Assembly: GCA_013265495.1 (NCBI GenBank)
Contig: MU058233.1
Span: forward strand, 159,038-221,037
Source of the DNA: Vicugna vicugna
Taxonomy: Eukaryota
Reading direction: 5' to 3'
DNA length: 62,000 nt
In this document: one piece after another, positions 1 to 10,680 of the stretch
How the letters are laid out: each line of letters begins with the position of its first letter
How positions within the stretch are numbered: position 1 is the stretch's first letter
The notes under the pieces: model-generated
Databases searched by the model: none
The model's input: the letters and a program-made list of their open reading frames with translations, nothing else
What the model was told of the DNA's origin: nothing
Made by a program: the position numbers and the translations under genes

Positions 1-869
1 ATTTAAGGAAATAAACCTTTGGAGATGTTAAGCTGGTGTGACTGGTGGTTGGTTTGTCACTGTCTCTGGTTCTCCTGTCGCCTCTGTTCTGCAGCAGCAG
101 AATTTTGGAGGTCAGGCTCAGGGCCAGGCTGGGCGCTCAGAGATGTGGGGTCCAGCTTGTGCCTGTCCCCCACCCGTGTCCCTGCCGAGTTGGCTCACCC
201 AGGCCCTCGGGATGCCTGCCTCTCAGTCCCCTGTGGCTACATGGAGGAGGGGGATGTGGGTGGGGTGGGGACTCCGCGTTTCCCGATGACGCACCAGGCT
301 GGACTTGGACAGCGGCCGCACCATTTCCACCCCCAACCGTTCTCCACATCCGGGTCAGTGGGAGGCGATCGCCGCTGTGGCTTTCATTTGCATGTCCCTG
401 ATGGTTAGTGACTTTGAGTGTCTTGTCCTGTGTTTTGATGGCACTTCTCTAGCTCTTTTTTGGAGAAACCTCTCTTCCAGGCGTTTGCCTGCTTTTTTCT
501 CTTTTTTGTTGTTGAGTGGTATGGTTTGCATTTTTTTAAACGATGTATTGTTTTAATAAGTTAAAAATAACTTGATAAGTTACCAAAAAGGCTAACCACA
601 ATGTGAATCGAAAGTTCGTGGAGAGGCAGTGTGAGAGGAAGTGGAAGGTGGGGCCTCGGAAGGCTGGGTCCCGGCAGGCTGCCCCAGTCTGGCTTCCTGG
701 AGCGCCTGCCCCCGGTCTGCAGACAGGAAGGGCCGGGCCTGGCGGAGAGCGGCCCGGGGACTGCAGCCCCTTCCGCTCTGTGGGGTTCCTGGGATGTCGG
801 GAGCAGGAAGAAACGCCAAAAGAGGATTAAGGCAATCGTGGCATTTTGTTCGTCTATTTAAATTAAATA

Positions 870-1310
870 GACCTCTGAGCCCTGTGCTGTCCCCACAATT
901 TTGCCTCTTCCAGAATGTCGCAGAGTTGGAATCCTACAGAGGGTAGCCTTATCAGATTGCCTTTTTCCGTGTCTTCATGGCTTGGTGGTTCACGTCTTTT
1001 CAACACTAAATGACACTCCCAGCCTCTCTCCCTTCTGAGTGAGACGGACCACATTCTCGAGTGTGTATCTGCCGAGCACCCAACCTCCATAACTTGTGGC
1101 CTTTCTTTTGCCTTCTGAAACAGCCTGCACCCCGTCTATGGAGTATGTATCTCTCTAAATATATCTATCTTTACTCCAAGAAAAAAATGACACTCCTCTG
1201 TCTGGATGGACCATAATTAATTCTCCGTTCACCTACTGAAGGATGTTGTCTTGCTTCCAAGTTTGGGTATTTATGGATAAAGCTGCTGTAAACATCCCTG
1301 TGCAGAAGCA
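870..1310 (-). mobile_element. Old L1 (L1M-type) 3' fragment, interrupted by a TSD-flanked insert at 1020-1184
   Basis: Antisense L1 3'UTR phrases (ccgttcacctactgaaggatg, ttatggataaagctgctgtaaacatc). Confidence 0.7.
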
Positions 1311-1939
1311 TGACAGTAAGGCAGGCCCAGGAGGGCTGGCAGGGCCTGGGGGTACAGCAACCACTGGCTCCCACCTTTCTTTCTGAGGACTTGATAGTCC
1401 CCTGCATGCTTCAAAGGGACCCCCCAGCCAGGAGGCTCAGCTTGGGTGTCTGCACCGCTTCAAACTATGCCCCTCTGGGGCAGTCCTAATCCCACAGGCC
1501 TCAGTTTACCCTCTATAAATCAGAGATGCAAGATCTCCCTCCGAGGCCAGTGGCAGGGAAGGAGTGTGCCCTGGAATAGGAGTCTCTGTGGTAAGGGGTG
1601 GTGGGCTCTGTGTGGAGGTGGGGTGCTGTGTGAAGGTGCCCAAGTGCTTCCTCAGGCCACTCAGCCTCCTGAGTTCCCCACATCACACGTGACCTTGACC
1701 TTCCTGACACCTGGAACCCTGGGGTGGCTCCTCCTTCCCTTCTGCAGAGGGCGGCCTGTCCTGGGGGGTGTTCAGCACAGGTGAGCTGTCCCCTCCTACC
1801 TGCCTGAGTGCTTTCCCATCTAGGCCTGACTTCTCAGCTCAGAGAGGCTGAGTAGAGTTTGGTCCAGGAGAGAGTCCTTGTCACAAGCACTGGCCCACTT
1901 CCTGTCTCATGGCTCTGCTTGTTCTGGACATTGCACATA

Positions 1940-2155
1940 TGATCAACTCGTAAACATGCAGTTAGGGGCACAGACCCTGCAACACAGTTGAAAATCTGGA
2001 TGTAACTTACGGTTGGCTCTCCGTATCCACAGTTACGCAGTGCTGGACTCAACCACTGGCAGATCCAGTAGGGCTGCCGTTCATACTTAGTGAAAAAAAT
2101 CCTGTGTAAGTGGCCCCGCACATTCAAGCCCATGTTGTTCGAGGGTCAGCTGTAA
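1940..2155. mobile_element. Tigger2/MER8-like non-autonomous DNA transposon
   Basis: Terminal gttgttcgagggtcagctgta; similar to the copy at about 56712-56908. Confidence 0.7.
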
Positions 2156-2629
2156 ACGGAGTCATGCGTTACGTGGTGTTTTGCACTTGGCTTCTTTCCC
2201 TGAACATGTTTTAGAGGTTCACCCACAGCTGTAGCCTGAGTCAGTCTTTCTGAGTCCCTTTTCACTGTAAAATGCTCTTTCACCGACTAGTTTGTCGGTG
2301 TCTGTCCCCCACTGGAACGGAAGCTTCCCGAGGGCAAGGGTTTTGCTCACCTGTCTATTCCCAGCCTCCGAGGTGCTGGGAAACCAGCAGGTGCTCAGCA
2401 AATGGCTCCTGACTGACTGGCCCGTCTCCAGGGAGGTGTGAGTCCCTAGCCTCCGGTGGCACCTGCTTCCGCCTTCTGTGTGTGCTGTCACTCACTCCTA
2501 CCCAGCTGTGCTGACATCTGCGACGCCTCCCAAGTCCCACGTGGGACGAGTTTCCCATTTGTCTCCCAGCAGTCTCCGGGAGGGCTTCACTCCTGGGAGC
2601 TCTCACACAAGCCGCGCCCAGCACGATGC

Positions 2630-3050
2630 ACTCTCTCCCTGGCATTTCGGCGCCTCTCTGTGCCTCAGTTTCCTCACCTGTCAAACGGGGCAAGAGAACC
2701 TTACTCAAGGGTCCAGGACGACTGAATAAGCTGAAAGGCATCAAGTGACTAGAATAACCCGTGGCTCGGCACATGCTGTATTATTACTGGTCTGGGAGGT
2801 TAAAGAGGTCTGGGGAGGCGCCAGTCTGCACACAGTCAAGTCAGCAGATGTTTTAAGTTAAAAGACAGGCTGTCATTCCAAATACCGGGCTGGTGCTGTG
2901 TGACTTCAGGCAAGGGGCTCAGCCTCTCCGTCCCTCGGGTTCCTCTTCAGGTAGGTACATAGGGGTCATACGGTGCTTGCTCCTTAGGGCGGCAGAGAAG
3001 ACTAAATGAGCCAACACGTGTGACACGGAGCAGCGCCTGTAGGTGTCAGC
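2630..3050 (+). mobile_element. MIR fragments
   Basis: MIR core phrases ctctgtgcctcagtttcctcacctgtcaaa and gctgtgtgacttcaggcaag. Confidence 0.6.
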
Positions 3051-3149
3051 TGTCAGGATGATTCTTTTCGCTGCGAGGAGGCGCGCTGACAGCGGCCTGG
3101 CGGACGCGGCGGGGAAGCCCCGTCCCCGCCCCAAGCCCCGCCCCATCAC

Positions 3150-3185
3150 TCCCCATGGTCCGGCTCGGGCTCAGTCCGCGGCGCC
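3150..3185 (+). other. PUS1: Putative upstream alternative first exon of PUS1 (nuclear/cytoplasmic isoform); start approximate
   Basis: Donor GCC|GTGAGT after 3185, just downstream of the GC boxes. PUS1 is known to have a short isoform starting at the second Met. Confidence 0.5.
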
Positions 3186-3639
3186 GTGAGTGGGGCCGGG
3201 TCGAGGCGCGCCCCTCTGGTCCCGGCGTGGGTGGCCGGGGTCTCTCCGACTCCCAAGGGAAAGCTTGCGGGGCGGGGAGAGAGTACGGGGGGGAAGGAAG
3301 AACTGGGGAGGTCAGAGGTCATCCTGGGGGTCAGGGGGCGTCGGAGGCTATCATCGAGCGGGGCTGGAGCGCGAGGGGGCTCGGAAGGAGGTTAGAGTTC
3401 AGGAGGGACGGAGCTGGAGCGCGAGGGGTCCCGGGGGCGTCAGAGTTCAGAAGGGGCGGGGCTGGAGCGTGGGGGTGGTCTGAGTTCAGGAGGGGCGGGC
3501 TGCTAGGTCTGAGGGCAGGAGGGGCGGGCTGCTGTGTAGGGAGTCCCGGGGAGGTCAGGGGTCAAGAGGGCCCGGGCAAGTGCGTCCCGGGTGAGGTCAG
3601 GGGTCGGGCGCGTGCCCCCCCCGCCACCCCCGGCCCTGC

Positions 3640-3728
3640 ATGGGGCTCTCCAGCCTGCGGGCGGCGGCCTGGGCCCTGAGGAGAGCCAGCGGACCGTGGA
3701 CCCCGCGCCTGGGACCGCGCCTCCTCTG
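3640..3728 (+). CDS. PUS1: PUS1 coding exon 1, mitochondrial presequence MGLSSLRAAAWALRRASGPWTPRLGPRLL
   Basis: ATG 3640, donor TG|GTAATG, phase 2 joins exon 2 in frame (C-L-P-P-M). Arg/Leu/Ala-rich with no acidic residues, and resembles the human N-terminus ([22 protein letters not shown], from recall). Not in the ORF track. Confidence 0.88.
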
Positions 3729-4017
3729 GTAATGACAGCGCACTTGTCCGTGACCGGGGGGGTAGCACGCTGGCCCGCCCTGAGCCTGACTGCATGCCGG
3801 CGCAGCGCCAAGCCCTGATCGCGTGAAGTGCTGTCATTGCCCCCTTTCCCGGCCAGTGAAACCGAGGCCCACGTTGGTGGTTGGGCGAGGTCTCCAGTTA
3901 GCGCCCAGCCGCGGTTTGAACAGCTCGTGGTCGGTCCGGGTGTCTCCCGGACCACGCTGCCACCATGGCCCCTTCCCGGACTCTGCTGTGTTGCTCACGC
4001 CTGCCGTGTCTCTCCAG

Positions 4018-4249
4018 TTTGCCCCCCATGGCAGGGAACGGGGAGGCGCTGGCACCGGCGGGGGCCAGGCAGGAGCAGGGCACAAAGGCCTGCAGCGGCT
4101 GGCGGGGCGCGGCCAGGACCTGGGAGGAAACGGCGCAGCAGGCCAAGAAGCTAAAGAGCAGCGAGGACGGGGAGCCGCCCCGCAAGCTGCCCAAGAGGAA
4201 GATTGTGCTGCTCGTGGCCTATTCCGGGAAGGGCTACCACGGCATGCAG
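4018..4249 (+). CDS. PUS1: PUS1 exon 2 (second ATG 4028, basic NLS-like KKLK/PKRK, start of TruA domain)
   Basis: ctccag acceptor; encodes MAGNGE...[20 protein letters not shown]; donor CAG|GTGAGG. Confidence 0.96.
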
Positions 4250-5639
4250 GTGAGGGCGCCCGCGGCGGGGCAGGCCGGCTTCTCTCCCGGCCGCCGCCTG
4301 CTTTGCGTAGGGGCCTCAGAGGGACAGTCAGGCTTCCAGGGAGGCCGTGTCAGGAAACGGCAGAAGGCGGGGTCTTCGCCTGTCCACCGGTTCCTGTGGC
4401 TCCCGTCGAGCCAGATCTACATTCGAATCCAAGCAGCTTTGAGCCCTGCTTCGTCCCTGCGAGATGTGTGCCCTGGTGTTCCCGAGCCTCCCAGGGTGGT
4501 TAAGGGCCCTGCCCCGCTGTTGGCCGGCGACGTGGCCTTGGGTACGTGACTGAAGCTCTCGGTGCCTCATTTTTAAGCGCTGATTTTATGAGGCATGACG
4601 GTTCACGAGGCTGACCCACGCTGTGCTGCTGCGCCCCAGGACCCAGGACAGTGCCCGGGAAGTTCAGGAGAGACCCTGTTACTGTCTGTCTGTGGGTCTG
4701 CAGCACTTGAGAATCCCTCCCTAGCCCGGCAACGTGACCCTTTCCTGAAAGGGAGAGGGTCCAGGTGCCCTGACAGATGGACCGACTTGCTTCTTGTTCC
4801 TTGTGGTCCACTCTGTGGCTCTTAAACTTGGGTTCCTTGTTCTTTAAATTTCTTTAAGCTTGACTCACAGGAAGGAATTCACTGCTGCGCAGAGTATCTG
4901 ATACCCAAGTTTCCGAAAACAGGGCCCAGTCTCACCAGGTGCTATGATGACCTTTACTATGAATAACGATAGTAGTAAGATACTTGGTATCCTGTTTTTT
5001 TTTTAACGTTTCGGTTGCACCCATGAAACTAATTTGATGACCACTGGTGGATTGTGGCGGAGGGCAGAAACGCTGCTCCAGTCTAACTTAGCGGAACAGA
5101 CAACCCACCTCTGCTGCTCTTTGTGGATGTTTACATGTTTCTGAGCATGATTTTGGTTCCTGTGTTTTTGCCTTATGCGCCGTCTGGAGAATGTTGCCAG
5201 TGTCTCATCAACTGTTTGCCTCAGTTTCTCCGTGAGGAAAATGGGGGTAGAGCGTGGCCATAGCTCCCAGGGCGGACGGAAGGACAAATACGTGGAGGGG
5301 TTGTCATCCGTGTTTCTTAACGTCCATTCCAAGCCTTTGAGACGCATTTGTAACATTTGAGTGAAGGGATTGGACTTAAGTTGCAGTGGGAACCGCGAGG
5401 TAGACTTTGGGAAGAACCTCCCCACCCTGGTGAGTCTTGGCAAAGTGCTTGTTGGCCTGTGTCCCTTGCGCTGCAGAGGTTTTCTTTGAGAAGGTCAGGG
5501 TGGTGATCCTGCCCATGTCATCGGGTCCTGTGGGCCCTGGACTATGACTGTGCTGCATCTCGCACTCAGCCATCCCCACCACCTGGGTGCTGGCAGCGTC
5601 CTGGGGTGAGGTCCTGCTTTAGCAGAGGGGCTTGTGCCC

Positions 5640-6085
5640 TGTGGTGGAAGGGGGGGCTCTCCTGGAGTGATGAGGGAGGGGGTCCCTGGGGTGATGAGGG
5701 TAGGGGCTCTCCTGGAGTGATGAGGGTAGGGGTTCCCTGGGGTGATGAGGGAGGGGGTCCCTGGGGTGATGAGGGTAGGTGATGAGGGAGGGGTTCCCTG
5801 GGGTGATGAGGGTAGGGGGTCCCTGGGGTGATGAGGGAGGGGGTCGCTGGGGNNNNNNNNNNNNNNNNNNNNNNNNNNNNNNNNNNNNNNNNNNNNNNNN
5901 NNNNNNNNNNNNTGAGGGTAGGTGATGAGGGAGGGGTTCCCTGGGGTGATGAGGGTAGGGGGTCCCTGGGGTGATGAGGGAGGGGGTCCCTGGGGTGATG
6001 AGGGAGGGGTTCCCTGGGGTGATGAGGGTAGGGGGTCCCTGAGGTGATGACGGAGGGGGTCCCTGGAGTGATGCAGGCGGGGGTC
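5640..6085 (+). repeat. G-rich minisatellite (unit about 24 bp, CCCTGGGGTGATGAGGG[T]AGGGGGT) in PUS1 intron 2
   Basis: More than a dozen visible tandem units on both sides of the N run. Confidence 0.95.
5853..5912. other. Assembly gap (60 N)
   Basis: Run of n inside the minisatellite. Confidence 1.
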
Positions 6086-6365
6086 CTTGCAGACAAATGG
6101 GTCTCCGGCAGGAGGGATGCTGGTTTCACATCGAAACAGGTTGGGGAAATGACGTCTCAGGTGATGCCCACTGTTGGCTGTCCAGGTTGGGAGTTTCTAG
6201 GACTGGGCGCCCTCAGGTGGCTTTCCTACTCGCGTGGGAAGGGAACATGCTACAGGGTCTCTCTGTGGCCACAGGTGTGGCCCCCCAGGCTGCCGGGTGC
6301 CAGCACACCACACATGCCCCTACCTGGACCAGCTCCGCCCAGGGCCCCTTGTGGGTAGCGACTGA

Positions 6366-6659
<294 letters not shown>

Positions 6660-6904
6660 TGAGACGTACAAATCAAACTAGTCTGAGTGGAAAGAAAGTT
6701 GTTGCCACATGTAACTAAGCTCCTCGGGCATTTCCGGTTCAGGTGTGGCTGGATCTAGGTGCTCGCTGCCCCCGGAGCCTGCGTCCTGTCAGCCTGTGCC
6801 TTCTCTGTCACTCCTGCAGGTGGCACGGTGGCCACAACACCTGCCTTAGATCCACTTTCTCAGGCTTGCGACACAAGGAGGGCCGCGTGGCCACAGAAGC
6901 ACAG

Positions 6905-7110
6905 CATGCTTGTAATGTTAAATTTTCCAGTAGCCACAGTCCAGAAGGAAAAGGAAACAGATGAAATTGGTTTCCATAATCAATTTCATTTAACTGAGTA
7001 TATCCAAGGTAGTCTCCTGTCAGTGCGCAATCCACATAAAAAATGACGAATGGGAAATATTTTCCATTCTGGGAGTATGAGTTCCAAGTCTGTGAAACCC
7101 AGTGCATGTG
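6905..7110. mobile_element. MER3/MER33-like hAT-Charlie remnant
   Basis: tgtaatgttaaattttccagtagccaca...gaaacagatgaaatt...catttaactgagtatatccaa matches the recalled MER3/33 pattern. Confidence 0.55.
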
Positions 7111-7889
7111 GTACGCTCACAGCATCCCCACCACACAGGCCGCCCTCTCCCGGGTTCAGGAGTCACGGGTGGCTGTGGCCCAGCGCTGCCCATGCAGAGT
7201 CACAAGGTCAAGTCCTGCTGTCTGATTGGCTCTCGCATCCGTCCTGGGCTCAGCCACTGACTGATCCTGCCCTGTTGTGTTCCCAGGCATGGGGCTGGCG
7301 TGGGCAGGGGCCCCCATAGGAGAATGGAGGGGTGACGCTGAGACGGGGCCCAGTGCCAGGCGGGTAGGACAACAGGAAGTTCTTCTCTAGTAGACAAAAA
7401 AAATTGACACGCTCTCTGTGCCTCTCACCCTGCTCTCTGAGACCCTGGCCCTCAAAGTACCTCTCCTGCCACCTGAGGTCAGTGGGAGCCGATGTGCGCG
7501 TAGCTCTTTGTGGGCCAGGGTCCCGGGAATCTGAATGACATCTAGTTTCAAAGGGACACGGATTCCCTGGGATCCGCAGACCCAGGCCAGAACCCCAGAG
7601 CTGGAGCCGCTCTCCTTGTTTTTAATTCTTCCACTTACAGCTCTCTGGTTATTTTCAAGGCAGAAGGAAAAAAAACGTCTACCTGCGCTAAGGAAGGGAG
7701 CATCTCAAGATACAGTGCTAGCATTTGTTTTAATTTCCACTGTTATTAGAGAGACTTTCATTCTAATGTTTTCCTTCTTACAAATGGAGAAACCAAAAGA
7801 ATCAGAAAACCTCCAATCCTGACATCCCATGCATCCAGCCCGCTGCGAGAACAAACCAAAATGGTCATCTTGGGTTAGTTTTTGTTTCA

Positions 7890-9540
7890 GATTTTTTTTA
7901 AAAAGCTTTCTTGAGCTTTAACTCCCTCCCATACGGTCCGCTCGTTTAAAGAGTACAGTTCAGCGGATCTCGTCTTTTCTCGGAGTTGCGTAGCCATCAC
8001 CGCGGTCAACCTTAGAACGTTTTCATTGTCCCTAAAAGGCCCCTGAAACTATCCTCCCCACCCCACTGGAATCTCCGGAGTATCCTCGTTTCAACACGTA
8101 ACCAACATAAGGTTGGGAGTGAGAGGGGTGAGAAGTATTTCCGTTCAGTTTTGTTCTTCCTACCAAGTGTTTGAGACCTGCCGTGTGCTTCCCGTCCACA
8201 GCGCCTCACTTCAGGACAGCCGTTCCCTGCCCTCAGGCCGCACACGCGGCCGGATGCCTTGGTGTTGGAGGGTGCAGGTCTGGGAAACGGTGCACTTGGC
8301 CGCGTGGCATCTCACCAGTTTATTTTTTGCTCGCCTGCCTCTTTTTTTTTTTTCTTAATCTCTGCAACTTTTTATTTGGAAAACCTTCAGACCTTTAGAA
8401 GTCTCAGGAGCCACGTGTGAATACCCAATAATCTCTCCTTAGATTCCGCAGTGTGAAATTTTTTTGGCCAAATTTGATTTCTATCTGACTCCTTTTTTGC
8501 CTCTGAAGGGAACCATTTGAGAGTAAGTTGCACCATCCTCCCCCTTCACCCCGAAATATGTCAGCTGAGTCTCCTATGAGCAGCGGTGTCCCCGGGCAAC
8601 ACCTGCACGTAACTGTCACCCGTGGGAAATTTAACCTCGACATGTTACTGCTTCTAACATGCTTTGGGTTTGGGCATGATCCAGCCTCTAACCCAGGGTC
8701 CAGGGCTGCGTTCAGCCATCCTCTCTTTTGAGTTTCCTTTAACTGAGAACGGTCTCCTTGTCTCTGTTCTGCCCTTCCTGACGTGGTGTCTTTGGCGAGT
8801 TCGGGCCGGTTATTTTGAAGCAGGTCCTCCGGCTGCATTTATCTGACTGTTCTCATGACTAGGTCCAGACTCAAAACGTTTTTGTGGGCAGGGGCAGTAC
8901 ATTGGTTCCACGATATTCTATTTTCTTTGCATAGATCTTAAAACCTTTCTTAGAAAATGGGATTGCAGTAAGCAGAAAGGTGCATCCAGTGTGAGTGCGA
9001 AGTAAAACAGTTGACTCTCCGAGGACACCTGGGCAGTCTCCACCTAGGTCAGCACGCGGGACTCTGTCCACGTCCCAGGAGCCCTCCTCGGCCACCTTGC
9101 GAATAGCCCCTCCCCTCCTGCTAGGCCTCACCCCGACGCTGATTTGATGGAAACTTCCTTTAGAAAAAAGGCTCAATACACAGATGTTAATGTGCACTCG
9201 TCCCCAGCACAGAGACTGATCGGTTTGCCTGCGTAACCCGCACCTGTCCCCACAGAATGACTGCTGTTGTGATGTAGGTGGCCATCTCTTCCTTGCTTTG
9301 CCCCAGAGTTCTGTCGATTCCGTTGCATTTTCTTCTCCCCTGAGTCCTTGAGAGTCACACCCAAGGTGGGACTTTATTTCCTATCTGCACGGTGTCGTAC
9401 GTCCCCAGTTCCTGTCTTGTTGGGTTTGAGAGCCACTTACGATATCTTGTGAGCTCTGCTGCCCACCCTGGGCATGCAGAGCGCCCTTCTCATATCTGAT
9501 CAGTCCCTTCAGGTGCGCTTCTGAAACCAGGAGTCCCGTG
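7890..9540 (-). mobile_element. Cluster of degraded L1 3' fragments in PUS1 intron 3
   Basis: Antisense L1MB/MC/ME-like phrases (gccatcaccgcggtcaaccttagaacgttttcat; gaaccatttgagagtaagttgca). Confidence 0.5.
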
Positions 9541-9644
9541 AAGGATGTCATGTTTGCACGGTCCTTCTGCCAAAGAGGCCGACCTGCCGAGGGTCATGCC
9601 AGAAGAGCGGGCCCCACTGACCCTGCCTTCTGCTTCCTTCGCAG

Positions 9645-9747
9645 GGGGTGTCTGCGGCCGGCCAGGTCGTGTCCCTCAAGGTGTGGCTGGTCGACGACAT
9701 TTTAGACAAGATCAACAGCCACCTCCCATCTCAGATCCGGATACTGG
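9645..9747 (+). CDS. PUS1: PUS1 exon 4
   Basis: ttcgcag acceptor; [34 protein letters not shown]; donor G|GTAAGC; 103 nt. Confidence 0.97.
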
Positions 9748-10020
9748 GTAAGCGCCGCCACCAGGGCTGCGCGGCAGGTGGTGGCCAGTCTGGTGGTGGC
9801 CGGTCTGGCAGAGACACACAGCTTCTTCTTTCCCTTAATGCCCCTGGTGTCTGTAGATAAGAGTGGTTGTAAGTCACCTTGGAAAAAAGTCCAGCGTCCC
9901 CGCCTCCTCCAGGAAGGGACACGTGGGATAGACAGACATGGAAGGTCCACCCCTGCTCCTTCTCCGTGCCACACACGCCTGTAGTAACCGGATGCTTGCA
10001 TGTGAAAGTCTGGATTTGTT

Positions 10021-10146
10021 TTTTGGGGGGTTTTTTGTTTTGGAGGGGGAGGTAATTTGGTTTGTTTGTTTGATGGAAGTGCCGGGAATTGAACCCAGGA
10101 CCTCTTGCACACTAAGTATGCGCTCCACCACTGAGCTATCCCCTCC
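10021..10146 (-). mobile_element. tRNA-derived SINE (camelid Vic-1-like)
   Basis: Reverse strand reads ggaggggatagctcagtggtggagcgcatac...ctgggttcaattcc (A and B boxes), then aattacctccccc and an A-rich tail. Confidence 0.85.
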
Positions 10147-10494
10147 TGCCTCGTGCAAGTCCAGATTTGATGAAGTTGAAATGGGTGCAGTCATTCGCTT
10201 TCATAGCAAGGCCCGATACAAGATATTTAGGTCTTGTTCGTTTAAGAAAATCCAGTCTGACTCCCTCTGCCGTCTCAGTGGCGTGTCTGTGCCGTCCATG
10301 GTTGGTGCGGCGGTGGGGTCCGGTTGCGGAGCTTCCTCCCGTTTCTCTGTGTCCCGTCTGTTACTTGTTCCCCTTTCCTCTCCCCCCTCCTTTTGGATTC
10401 AGCGATGTTTTCCATAGTTCCGTTTAGTTACCACCTGGGCTAGCTTACTAGCTATGACTGGCTCTGGGTTTTTCAGTGGCTATTTTGGGGTTTA

Positions 10495-10680
10495 AAGCAA
10501 GGGTTGGCTGCTTTTTTCTGTAGAGGGCCAGGTGGTAAGATGTTTTAGGCTTTGTGGCCCACAGATTACTTTCTGTGTTGCATCTTCTTCCTTTTTTTTA
10601 ACCACTCTTTCAGGCTTAGCTCAGAGGCTGTACAAAAGTGGCCCTGGTTTTGGTCCCCGCTTGCCAGTTCCCGGGTTAAA
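10495..10680. mobile_element. MER58-like hAT-Charlie remnant
   Basis: gggttggc...ttttctgtagagggccaggtggtaagatgttttaggctttgtggccc matches the recalled MER58 5' end. Confidence 0.65.

Larger units (their letters stand above)
3060..4300. promoter_or_regulatory. PUS1: PUS1 CpG-island promoter with GC boxes
   Basis: Very high GC and CpG density. CCCCGCCC boxes at about 3124-3143, GGGGCGGG boxes at about 3453, 3492 and 3521. Confidence 0.85.

Noticed and set aside
5640..6085. Repeated GTGATGA (box C-like) motifs, the array as a possible CRISPR-like structure, and the 187-aa minus-strand ORF
   Set aside because: Simple tandem minisatellite with no unique spacers and no matching box D or stem; the ORF is a repeat translation across an N gap.
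10080..10146. tRNA-like sequences here and at the other SINE copies
   Set aside because: SINE heads with A-rich tails and TSDs; degenerate, not tRNA genes.
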